DNA from: Alphaproteobacteria bacterium MarineAlpha5_Bin7
GTDB lineage: Bacteria > Pseudomonadota > Alphaproteobacteria > HIMB59 > GCA-002718135
Direction: 5' to 3'
Length of the DNA stretch: 64,000 bases
Assembly: GCA_002938195.1 (NCBI GenBank)
Contig: PTKX01000002.1
Location: 248-64,247 of the forward strand
Both the position numbers and the translations under genes were made by a program. Under the pieces are notes generated by a model. It had not been told where the DNA came from and made no database searches. It worked only from the letters and a program-made list of their open reading frames with translations. Of the stretch, positions 30,346-39,049 are shown in pieces. How positions within the stretch are numbered: position 1 is the first letter of the stretch; each line of letters begins with the position of its first letter.

Positions 30346-30955
30346 ATTTTGCTAAATCAATTGTTTCTATGTTAGGTATTTCTGGACAATAATGGGATGC
30401 AAAAATAATCATTCCATTGCTGTTCAAATGATTTCTAAAAGTCTCATTAATTAATACAATGGAATCATTATCAAGTCCGCTATATGGCTCATCCAACAAC
30501 CAAAATTTCTTTTTCTCAATAACTAATCTTATCAATTCTAATTTTTTGATTTCTCCTCTTGATAAATTTTCTGCCTTAATATCTTTTTTAGTGTTTAAAA
30601 AGAGCATTTTCAGTACCGACTCTAATTCTGTGGATTTAATGTTTGATGAAAATAATTTTGTCCAATAATTAATATTTTCTATAACTGACATTTGATTATT
30701 TGATGTATTAGAATCCATAATATAAGTTAAGTTTGAAAAATATTCATAAGTGTTTTTTTTTATATTTTTTCCATTCCAATAAATTTCTCCTGAGTCGGAG
30801 TTTAAAACATCTGCTAAAATTTTAATTAACGTAGTTTTACCAACACCATTATTTCCATATAGATGGATTATTTTCTTCGGAGATAGTGATAAATCTAACG
30901 AATTAAAAATTGTTTGATTTTCTCTTCTAAAGGATAAATTATTTGCAAGTAACAT
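30332..30955 (-). CDS. ccmA: heme exporter ATP-binding protein CcmA
   Basis: 207 aa. Walker A GNNGVGKTT, signature LSRGEIKK and Walker B WLLDEP. Confidence 0.9.
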   Translation of the reverse strand: MLLANNLSFRRENQTIFNSLDLSLSPKKIIHLYGNNGVGKTTLIKILADVLNSDSGEIYWNGKNIKKNTYEYFSNLTYIMDSNTSNNQMSVIENINYWTKLFSSNIKSTELESVLKMLFLNTKKDIKAENLSRGEIKKLELIRLVIEKKKFWLLDEPYSGLDNDSIVLINETFRNHLNSNGMIIFASHYCPEIPNIETIDLAKYANN

Positions 30956-30997
30956 TTTAGACTTTCAATAATCTCTTTGTTTGAATGTGACAATAAT

Positions 30998-31026
30998 AAA
31001 AAACGGGGCCTGGGCCCCGTTTTTTT
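30998..31026 (-). terminator. rho-independent terminator (symmetrical) downstream of the small basic protein gene
   Basis: A6-CGGGGC-CTGG-GCCCCG-T7. It is the most GC-rich hairpin in the window, 72 nt after the stop at 31098 and 45 nt upstream of the ccmA ATG. Confidence 0.8.
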
Positions 31027-31097
31027 GAGATTTTGAATCTCTTTTTATAAGAAAAAGAAAAACTAAACTAAGAGAATTGTTCAAGAAGTAAAGATTG

Positions 31098-31265
31098 CTA
31101 TCTTCTTCTTCTTTTTTTAGCTTTCTTAGCTGCTTTTTTCTTTTTCTTAGGTGCAGCTTTTCTTCTTTTCTTAGGTGCAGCTTTTTTCTTACTTTTTTTA
31201 GCTGCTTTTCTTCTTTTCTTAGGTGCAGCTTTTTTCTTAGCTGCCTTTTTTCTTTTTTTTGCCAT
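31098..31265 (-). CDS. 55-aa Lys/Ala/Arg/Pro-rich basic protein (histone H1 / AlgP-like), not in the ORF track
   Basis: Hand translation gives MAKKRKKAAKKKAAPKKRRKAAKKSKKKAAPKKRRKAAPKKKKKAAKKAKKRRRR*. AAGGAG lies 6 nt upstream of the ATG and a strong terminator lies downstream. The 83-aa plus-strand track ORF here is its Ser/Phe/Leu/Cys-rich antisense shadow. Confidence 0.6.
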   Translation of the reverse strand: MAKKRKKAAKKKAAPKKRRKAAKKSKKKAAPKKRRKAAPKKKKKAAKKAKKRRRR

Positions 31266-31573
31266 TTAATGCTCCTTGTAATTGGTTTCTGTGGAGGAAC
31301 CTCCCTCCATTATCACTTAAAAAAAGTGACAAACATAAAAGGCTGAACTTTTTTCCCAAAACTTACGCATAAAGTCAATAATATACTAACAATGATTTAA
31401 ATGATCAGTATTTGATAAAAATAATATAAAATATTTTTTTTATAAAAAAGATGAAATAATAATTTTTTTATGGTCGTTCATGTCAATTTTTCGCAGAAAT
31501 CTAATAAGTTTATTGATATTTGAGTTAAACAATGTTTATAAAATATTTTTAATAAGTTAAATATTTAAATACA

Positions 31574-34228
31574 ATGAATTCTTTAGACACATATAAAACT
31601 TTTTCAAAAATTAGTATAAATGGAAAAAAATACGGTTATTTTGATCTAAAAAAGATAGCAAAATCCTTTAATTTTGACTTACAAAATGTTCCTTTCACTA
31701 CTAAGATATTGTTAGAAAATTTGTTAAGAAAAGAAGATGGCAATTCAATAACTAGTAAAATGATTAGTAATTTTTGTAAAAAAATTACTAATGATATTTC
31801 AAAATCATTAGAAATATCTTTCTATCCAACTAGAGTGCTGATGCAAGATTTTACGGGAGTGCCTGCGGTAGTAGATCTTGCCGCTATGCGTGATGCTTTA
31901 AAGAAAAGAAACATTGATCCAGAACATATTAATCCTCAAATAAGAGTAGATTTAATTATTGATCATTCAGTGACAGTTGATCATTTTGGAGATGAAAAGG
32001 CTTTTCTAAATAATGTTAAAAAGGAATTTATTAGAAATAATGAAAGATATGAATTTCTAAAATGGGGGCAAAACTCTTTTAATAATTTATTTGTTGTACC
32101 TCCAGGATCCGGTATTTGCCACCAAGTTAATCTTGAAAATATAGCAAAAACAATCTGGATAGAAAAAGATAAGAATAATGATTTAGATTGTCTATTTCCA
32201 GATTCAGTAGTTGGTACAGATAGTCACACTACTATGGTAAATGCTTTATCAGTTTTAGGGTGGGGAGTCGGAGGTATAGAGGCAGAGTCAGCAATGCTTG
32301 GTCAGCCCATTTCTATAAATACACCAAAAGTATTAGGTTTTAATATTACAGGCTCATTAAAGGAAGGCGTAACTGCTACAGATTTAGTATTAACGATTAC
32401 AGAAAAATTAAGATCATGTGGAGTTGTAGGTAAATTTGTTGAGTTTTTTGGACCAAGTCTAGAAAATCTTACTCTAGCTGATAGAGCAACGATTTCTAAT
32501 ATGGCTCCAGAGTATGGAGCTACTTGCGGATATTTTCCTACTGATGAAGAAACTTTAAAATATTTGAAATTATCAGGAAAAGATATTCATCAATTAGAAA
32601 TAGTTTCTACTTATACAAAGATACAAAATTTATGGCACTATAATGATCAAGTTAGCAAATATGATGAAATAATTAATTTTGTTTTAGATGATGTTTATCC
32701 ATCAGTTTCTGGCCCTAAAAGACCTCAAGATAGGATATCCTTAAAAGATGTGCCAGACTCCTATAAAAAAATTACGCAAAATAATTCTAAACAAAAAAGA
32801 TTAAATAATGAGATTATATCTGGAGATATTGTTATTGCTGCAATTACTAGTTGTACTAATACTTCCAATCCTAATGTTATGGTTGCAGCGGGTTTAGTTG
32901 CAAAAAAAGCTGTAGAATTAGGACTAAAAGTAAAACCTTGGGTCAAGACTAGTTTGGCTCCTGGAAGTAAAGTTGTTAGCGACTACTTAGATAAATCAGA
33001 TTTATCCAAGTATCTTGATACATTAGGATTCCGTTTAGTTGGCTATGGCTGCACAACTTGTATTGGCAATTCAGGATCTCTTGATCAACAAATTTCTAAT
33101 CAAATTAAAGAAAATAATCTTTTGGTGTGTTCAGTTTTATCAGGTAATCGAAACTTTGAAGGAAGAATACATCAGGAAGTCAAAGCTAATTATTTAGCAT
33201 CTCCCCCGCTCGTGGTAGCTTATGCACTAACAGGTAATATTAATATTAATTTAGCAAAAGATCCAATTGGAATAGATCAAAACAAAAAAGAGGTATTTTT
33301 AAAAGATTTATGGCCTTCGTCGGCTCAAATTCAAAAAGTTATAGATAATTCTTTATCAAAAGATATGTTTTTACGAAGATATGAAGAAATTTATCAAGGC
33401 GATCATAATTGGGAAAATATTAAGACAACACAAAATAGCACTTATGATTGGAGTGAAACAAGTACATATATAAAAAATCCTCCTTTTTTTAACGAAGAGT
33501 TTACTAAGATAAATAAAAATATTGATAATGCTAGAATATTAGCCTTACTTGGAGACAGTGTTACTACAGACCATATTTCTCCAGCAGGAGTCATCAAGTA
33601 TGAAAGCCCTGCTGGAATGTATCTTTATAAAAGACAAATAAACAAAGAAAATTTTAATTCTTACGGTTCTCGAAGGGGAAATCATGAAATAATGATGAGG
33701 GGTACTTTTGCTAATATACGCATACGCAATGAAATGTTGCCAGAAACTGAAGGTGGAATAACTAAATCATTTATAAGCAATAAAAATATGCCTATTTTTG
33801 ATGCAGCATTGGAGTACAATTCTGTAAAAGTTCCTTTGGTGATTGTCGCAGGAAAAGAATATGGCACAGGTTCATCAAGAGATTGGGCTGCAAAAGGAAC
33901 TAGATTACTTGGTGTGCGAGCAGTTATTGCTGAATCTTTTGAAAGAATTCATAGATCTAATTTAATTGGAATGGGTGTATTACCTCTGGAATTTACCAAC
34001 AATGACAATAAAACAACTTTAAAAATAAATGGCGATGAAAAAATTACAATAGAAAACATTGATAGACTAGAACCAAATAGCAAAATTAAGTGCAACATTA
34101 TTGGAAATGACAAAAAAATAGATATTGAGCTATTATGCAGAATAGATACTAATAAAGAGCTTGAATATTTTAATTCTGGAGGAATTTTAAACTACGTTCT
34201 AAATTCTATAGAAAAAGATAAAATTTAA
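31574..34228 (+). CDS. acnA: aconitate hydratase A
   Basis: 884 aa. GTDSHTTM, AITSCTNTSNP, GCTTCIGNSG and SGNRNFEGR are the Fe-S cluster and substrate motifs. Confidence 0.95.
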   Translation: MNSLDTYKTFSKISINGKKYGYFDLKKIAKSFNFDLQNVPFTTKILLENLLRKEDGNSITSKMISNFCKKITNDISKSLEISFYPTRVLMQDFTGVPAVVDLAAMRDALKKRNIDPEHINPQIRVDLIIDHSVTVDHFGDEKAFLNNVKKEFIRNNERYEFLKWGQNSFNNLFVVPPGSGICHQVNLENIAKTIWIEKDKNNDLDCLFPDSVVGTDSHTTMVNALSVLGWGVGGIEAESAMLGQPISINTPKVLGFNITGSLKEGVTATDLVLTITEKLRSCGVVGKFVEFFGPSLENLTLADRATISNMAPEYGATCGYFPTDEETLKYLKLSGKDIHQLEIVSTYTKIQNLWHYNDQVSKYDEIINFVLDDVYPSVSGPKRPQDRISLKDVPDSYKKITQNNSKQKRLNNEIISGDIVIAAITSCTNTSNPNVMVAAGLVAKKAVELGLKVKPWVKTSLAPGSKVVSDYLDKSDLSKYLDTLGFRLVGYGCTTCIGNSGSLDQQISNQIKENNLLVCSVLSGNRNFEGRIHQEVKANYLASPPLVVAYALTGNININLAKDPIGIDQNKKEVFLKDLWPSSAQIQKVIDNSLSKDMFLRRYEEIYQGDHNWENIKTTQNSTYDWSETSTYIKNPPFFNEEFTKINKNIDNARILALLGDSVTTDHISPAGVIKYESPAGMYLYKRQINKENFNSYGSRRGNHEIMMRGTFANIRIRNEMLPETEGGITKSFISNKNMPIFDAALEYNSVKVPLVIVAGKEYGTGSSRDWAAKGTRLLGVRAVIAESFERIHRSNLIGMGVLPLEFTNNDNKTTLKINGDEKITIENIDRLEPNSKIKCNIIGNDKKIDIELLCRIDTNKELEYFNSGGILNYVLNSIEKDKI

Positions 34229-34232
34229 TTAG

Positions 34233-36803
34233 ATGCTTTTGGCAAAAAGTAATGACAACATCATTGCCGTATTAGGCCCTACTAATACAGGTAAAACTTA
34301 TTATGCATTTGAGAGACTTCTCTCCTATAAATCAGGAATCTTTGGTTTTCCATTGAGGCTCTTGGCAAGAGAGAATTATGATAAAGCTATAAAAAAAGTT
34401 GGTATAAATAAAGTTGCATTAATTACAGGAGAAGAAAAAATTTATCCTAAAAATGCTTCTTATTTTTTTTGTACTGTTGAATCTATGCCTTTAAATATTG
34501 AGGTTGAGTGTATAGCAATAGATGAAATACAATTATCATCTGATTATGAAAGAGGTTATATTTTTACTGATAGAATACTTAATTCAAGAGGTTCTTTAGA
34601 GACAATTTTCTTAGGCTCTTTAACTATAAAAAATATTTTAAAAAAAATTTTCTCAAAAATAAAAATTGAAACAAGAGACAGATACTCAAAACTTTCTTTT
34701 TTTAAAAAAGAAAGTCTTTCAAAAATAAAAGCTAGATCAGCTATCATAGCATTCAATATAAATAAAGTTTATGAAATTGCTGAAGCTATGCGTATACACA
34801 AAGGCGGAGCAGCATTGGTAACAGGATCTTTGAGTCCTAGAACTAGAAATGCTCAGGTAGATATGTATGAAAATAAAAAAGTTGATTACTTAATAGCAAC
34901 TGATGCAATTGGTATGGGCTTAAATTTAAACATAAATCATGTTTCATTTTCTTCTTTTAAAAAATATGATGGAAGATATAGTAGAAATTTATTACCAGCT
35001 GAAGTTGGACAGATTGCAGGCAGGGCTGGAAGATATCAAAATGACGGCACTTTTGGTTATACTCAAGATGCAGGAGATTTAGACCCTGTTATTATTAAAA
35101 AAATTGAAGAGCATGATTTTGAAACAATAAATAAAATATATTGGAGAAACTCTGAAATTGACTTTCATTCAGTAAATACAGTTCTTAATTCATTAAAAGA
35201 ATTTCCAGTTTATGATTATTTTATTCATAAAAAAAATGCTGAAGATGAATTGAATTTTAGAGCTTTATCTAATGATCCTGAAATAAAGCAATATTTAACA
35301 AATTCAATATCAATACAATGTCTATGGGATGTATGTAGAATACCTGATTTTCAGAAAATTATGAATGATACTTATTTAGACTTATTAAAAAATATTTTTT
35401 TAACTTTAACAAAAAATGACAATTTGATTCCAGAAAGTTGGTTAAATGAAAAAATAATTGGACTTGAAAATTATAGTGGCGGCATTGACGAATTGACATT
35501 TAAAATAGCCAATATTAGGACTTGGACTTACATTTCTAATCAATCTAATTGGATTAAAAACAATTTAGATTGGCAAGAGAAAACTAGAAATATAGAAGAC
35601 AATCTTTCTGATCATTTGCATGAAAGACTAACTAATAGATTTGTAGATTTTTCAGCTAGTTATTTTTTAAACTCAAAAAATGACAATCAAAAGCCAGTAA
35701 TTAAAGTTGATAAAAATAACTTATTAATATTAAATGATAAAAAATATGGATATATTAATGGTTTTGAATTAAAATTTTTTAAAATTTCAAAAATTAATTC
35801 ATTATTTTTATATAAGCATGCTAAAAGATTTATTAGATCTATGATAGAAAAAAAAATTGAAGACTTTCTTAATGCGCCTTTAGATTCAATTAATCTAGGC
35901 GATATTCAAAAAGTAAAATTAAATGAACTTCCACATATATATTGGGGAGATGAAAAAGTAGGCTATTTAATAAAAGGTGAAAATATTTATTCACCAAAGG
36001 TAGATATAATTAATTCAGAATTTATAGACTCGGAAAAAAAGGCTCTTATCTTAGAAAAGCTTCAAAAATGGATAGATAATGAAGTTTCTATAAATTTAAA
36101 ACCAATTAAAGATAAATTTGATGATTCAGTTCCATCTACTACAAGATCTATAGCATTCAATTTATATAATTTTCTTGGAACAATGTTAATAGAAGGTTTT
36201 CAAAATGAAATCAAAAATATTGATCAAAAAAATAAATTAGCTTTATCAAAACTTGGAATTCGGGTTGGAGCAAAATTTTTTTTTTACGCCAAATATCTAA
36301 AAAAAAATGCAATGGAGCTTAATGCTATTCTGTGGAGATCATTTAATAACTTTTCTGAAAAAAAAGAATACCCTCTTCCTAAAGATGGAAGAGTTTCTTT
36401 TTCTACTGATTTTTCTATGCCCACAAGTTATTGGCTTGCTATAGGCTATATATATATAAAAGATATTTGTATAAGAGTAGATGTGTTTGAAAGAATATTT
36501 TTTCTTGCTAGACATAAACTAAAAACTGGAACTTTTATTGAATCAGCTGATTTAATGAATCCTATTGGATGTAACTCTGATGAATTGGCTAACATTTTAT
36601 CTTATTGTGGGATAGAAAGTCTAATGCTGGGCAACGAAAAAAGACTGTTCTATTTAAAGCAAAAAAATCAAAAAATATCAAAAAAGACACAAAAAATTGA
36701 GAAAAAAAAGATACCTGTTAAAAAGAAATTAAATTTATCAAAGAAAAAGATGATTAAAGCAGATCCCAATTCTCCTTTTGCAGTTTTGCAAAAATTGCTT
36801 TAA
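34233..36803 (+). CDS. Suv3-like ATP-dependent helicase (alphaproteobacterial helicase-related protein)
   Basis: 856 aa. Walker A GPTNTGKTY, DEIQ box, ATDAIGMGLNL and QIAGRAGR, plus a long C-terminal extension ending in a Lys-rich tract and SPFAVLQKL. Confidence 0.75.
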   Translation: MLLAKSNDNIIAVLGPTNTGKTYYAFERLLSYKSGIFGFPLRLLARENYDKAIKKVGINKVALITGEEKIYPKNASYFFCTVESMPLNIEVECIAIDEIQLSSDYERGYIFTDRILNSRGSLETIFLGSLTIKNILKKIFSKIKIETRDRYSKLSFFKKESLSKIKARSAIIAFNINKVYEIAEAMRIHKGGAALVTGSLSPRTRNAQVDMYENKKVDYLIATDAIGMGLNLNINHVSFSSFKKYDGRYSRNLLPAEVGQIAGRAGRYQNDGTFGYTQDAGDLDPVIIKKIEEHDFETINKIYWRNSEIDFHSVNTVLNSLKEFPVYDYFIHKKNAEDELNFRALSNDPEIKQYLTNSISIQCLWDVCRIPDFQKIMNDTYLDLLKNIFLTLTKNDNLIPESWLNEKIIGLENYSGGIDELTFKIANIRTWTYISNQSNWIKNNLDWQEKTRNIEDNLSDHLHERLTNRFVDFSASYFLNSKNDNQKPVIKVDKNNLLILNDKKYGYINGFELKFFKISKINSLFLYKHAKRFIRSMIEKKIEDFLNAPLDSINLGDIQKVKLNELPHIYWGDEKVGYLIKGENIYSPKVDIINSEFIDSEKKALILEKLQKWIDNEVSINLKPIKDKFDDSVPSTTRSIAFNLYNFLGTMLIEGFQNEIKNIDQKNKLALSKLGIRVGAKFFFYAKYLKKNAMELNAILWRSFNNFSEKKEYPLPKDGRVSFSTDFSMPTSYWLAIGYIYIKDICIRVDVFERIFFLARHKLKTGTFIESADLMNPIGCNSDELANILSYCGIESLMLGNEKRLFYLKQKNQKISKKTQKIEKKKIPVKKKLNLSKKKMIKADPNSPFAVLQKLL

Positions 36804-36840
36804 ATGATTTATTTTATTTAATTTAAAAATTAGGCTTTCA

Positions 36841-37287
36841 TTGTTACAATCATTAAAAAAAATATTTTCTCAGTCAGACAATGTTTCTGAGGCAAAAGAT
36901 TCAAAAGAAGCGTTAGAGTTGTTATGTGGATTAATGATGGAAGCAGCTTATACTGATGGTAAAGTGGATGAAATAGAAATAAATAAAATAAGCAAGTCAC
37001 TTGTGGAAGTATTTGATGAGGATGCTAAAAATGTTGAATTAATAATAAATAATTGTTTAAACAAACTTGATGAACCAAAATCTCTTCATTCTTTTACAAC
37101 TAAGATAAATAAAATTTTTGATGAAAATAAAAAAATTTTATTAATAGAAACTTTATGGAAGATAGTTTTGTCTGACGGAGAAGTTCACGAATTTGAGTCA
37201 AATTTGATTAGGCGTCTAGCAGGACTTTTATATATTTCAGATGTAAGTTGTGGTAATGCAAAAAATAGGGCAATGAAGAGCTTGTAG
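36841..37287 (+). CDS. TerB-like (tellurite resistance TerB / DjlA N-terminal-like) family protein
   Basis: 148 aa with a TTG start. AAYTDGKVDEIE and LWKIVLSDGEVHEFESNLIRRLAGLL are the paired D-G-x-hydrophobic-x-x-x-E repeats of TerB-type domains. Confidence 0.6.
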   Translation: MLQSLKKIFSQSDNVSEAKDSKEALELLCGLMMEAAYTDGKVDEIEINKISKSLVEVFDEDAKNVELIINNCLNKLDEPKSLHSFTTKINKIFDENKKILLIETLWKIVLSDGEVHEFESNLIRRLAGLLYISDVSCGNAKNRAMKSL

Positions 37288-37306
37288 ATTAAAGGTGTAA
37301 ATTTTT

Positions 37307-37639
37307 ATGACTTATGTCGTAGACGAAAAATGTATAAAATGTAAATTAATGGATTGTGTTGAAGTATGTCCTGTAGATTGCTTTTATGAAGGTGAAAATA
37401 TGCTGGTTATTCATCCTGATGAATGTATTGATTGTGGAGTCTGTGAACCAGAGTGTCCTGTAGAAGCTATACACTCTGATACTGAAGATAATATGGAAAA
37501 GTGGGCAGAAGTAAATAGAATTTATTCAGAAAAATGGCCTGTAATTATAGAAAAAAAAGATCCACCTTCCGATTCTAAAGAATGGGAAAATGTTGAAAAT
37601 AAATATGAAAAACACTTCAGTAAGGAACCAGGTAAATAA
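37307..37639 (+). CDS. fdxA: 7Fe ferredoxin (3Fe-4S + 4Fe-4S)
   Basis: [29 protein letters not shown]...[16 protein letters not shown] is the classic FdxA cysteine pattern. Confidence 0.9.
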   Translation: MTYVVDEKCIKCKLMDCVEVCPVDCFYEGENMLVIHPDECIDCGVCEPECPVEAIHSDTEDNMEKWAEVNRIYSEKWPVIIEKKDPPSDSKEWENVENKYEKHFSKEPGK

Positions 37640-38143
37640 ATGCCAACAAAAAAAAATAATGAATTTAAAATTGGAGAAGTAGTTGTTTATCCTAAGCACG
37701 GCGTTGGTGAAATAATTAAAACAGAATCAATGGAGATAGCAAAAATTAAAACTAAATTTTATGTTGTAAAAATGGAACAATCAAAACTCACAATTAGAGT
37801 TCCTTTGGATAAACAAAGAGAAGTGGGATTAAGAAAAATCTCATCAAAAAAGATAATTGAACAGGTATTTAGCGTATTAAAGCTTAAACCAAAAATTAGA
37901 AGAATTATGTGGAGTAGAAGAGCACAAGAATATGATGCAAAAATATATTCTGGTGATCCAATTAAAATAGCTGAAGTAATAAGGGATTTATTCCGCAAAA
38001 ATAGTCAGCCTGAACAGTCGTATAGTGAACGTCAAATGTTTCAAGCAGCCTTAGAAAGACTTGCTAGAGAAGTTGCAGCTGTAGAAAAAACAGATTATTT
38101 CCAAGCAACAGAAAAAATAGAGAATACATTATACAATAAGTAG
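37640..38143 (+). CDS. carD: CarD/CdnL family transcriptional regulator
   Basis: 167 aa. FKIGEVVVYPKHGVGEI is the RNAP-interacting Tudor-like N terminus. The start abuts the fdxA stop (TAAATG). Confidence 0.9.
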   Translation: MPTKKNNEFKIGEVVVYPKHGVGEIIKTESMEIAKIKTKFYVVKMEQSKLTIRVPLDKQREVGLRKISSKKIIEQVFSVLKLKPKIRRIMWSRRAQEYDAKIYSGDPIKIAEVIRDLFRKNSQPEQSYSERQMFQAALERLAREVAAVEKTDYFQATEKIENTLYNK

Positions 38144-38148
38144 TATTT

Positions 38149-38961
38149 GTGAATACTCAGTCTAATTTTATAGAATTAAAATTTTCAAACAAAATTTGGG
38201 CAATAGGATCAATACATTCAGATTTAAAATCTTTCAATTCTATTAAAAAATATATTCTAGAAAATTTTACTAACAGAGATAAATTAGTATTTTTAGGAAA
38301 TGCTATAGGTATTAAAAGTGATGCCAAAGAAACAATAACTAGCATCATTAATATGAGAAATTTTTTATTATCAAAATTTTTATTGCAACCTGAAGATGTA
38401 GTTTTTTTAAGAGGTGCTCAGGAAGAAATGTTTTTAAAATTATTACAATTACAAACAGCTCCCAATCCCAAAGAAATTGTTAAATGGATGTTTGAACATG
38501 GAGTTGATAAAACAATTGACTCTTATGGTATTGAAAAAAATGAAGTAATTGAAAAATCAACTCAAGGCACTTTATCTATTTCTAAATGGACTAATAAGTT
38601 AAATAAGATTATTGCAAATATACCCGGTCATAAAGAATATTTTACTAATTTAAGACATGCTGCTTTTACTGACACAAAAAAAATTTTATTTGTAAATAGA
38701 GGAGTTGATGTTTCAAGACCTCTTTCTGCACAAAATGATTGTTTCTGGTGGGGGTATCAAGATTTTTCAAAATTGGACAGGCCATATAACAACTTTAAGA
38801 AAATAGTTAGAGGTTATTACCCTTCTTCAACAAACAAAAATGTTATTTTAAATAACAGGATAGTCTGCTCATTATATAAACAACCTTTAGAAAATAATAA
38901 AATAGTTGCAGGTATTTTTAATGACCAAGGAGAAATACTTGATTTATTTGAATCAAAATAA
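38149..38961 (+). CDS. calcineurin-like metallophosphoesterase homologue with degenerate active-site motifs
   Basis: 270 aa with a GTG start. IWAIGSIHSD corresponds to GDxHG, LVFLGNAIG to GDxxDRG and FLRGAQEE to GNHE, with the metal ligands replaced. Confidence 0.5.
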   Translation: MNTQSNFIELKFSNKIWAIGSIHSDLKSFNSIKKYILENFTNRDKLVFLGNAIGIKSDAKETITSIINMRNFLLSKFLLQPEDVVFLRGAQEEMFLKLLQLQTAPNPKEIVKWMFEHGVDKTIDSYGIEKNEVIEKSTQGTLSISKWTNKLNKIIANIPGHKEYFTNLRHAAFTDTKKILFVNRGVDVSRPLSAQNDCFWWGYQDFSKLDRPYNNFKKIVRGYYPSSTNKNVILNNRIVCSLYKQPLENNKIVAGIFNDQGEILDLFESK

Positions 38962-39049
38962 TAATAAAATATTAAAATATCAACAAAAAACATAATTTTT
39001 TGTTTGATCACCTCTTAATTATTCTTACAGTGAAATAATTATATTTTTT

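Noticed and set aside
31095-31346. 83-aa plus-strand track ORF (MLSSSSFFSFLSCFF...)
   Set aside because: It has a TTG start, no SD, and consists only of Ser/Phe/Leu/Cys runs. It is the antisense shadow of the K/A/R-rich minus-strand gene, which has an SD and a terminator.
31385-31430. Fur/iron-box-like AT hexamers (AATGATTTAAATGATCAGTATTTGATAA) upstream of acnA
   Set aside because: In DNA this AT-rich such near-matches are expected by chance. No clear 19-bp palindrome or ICE-type motif could be aligned.
38982-39004. Hairpin AACAAAAAA-CATAA-TTTTTTGTT after the pseudo-phosphatase gene as a terminator
   Set aside because: The stem is nearly all A-U, with a single C-G pair, and there is no following U-tract. 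It is too weak to call, though it may contribute to termination.
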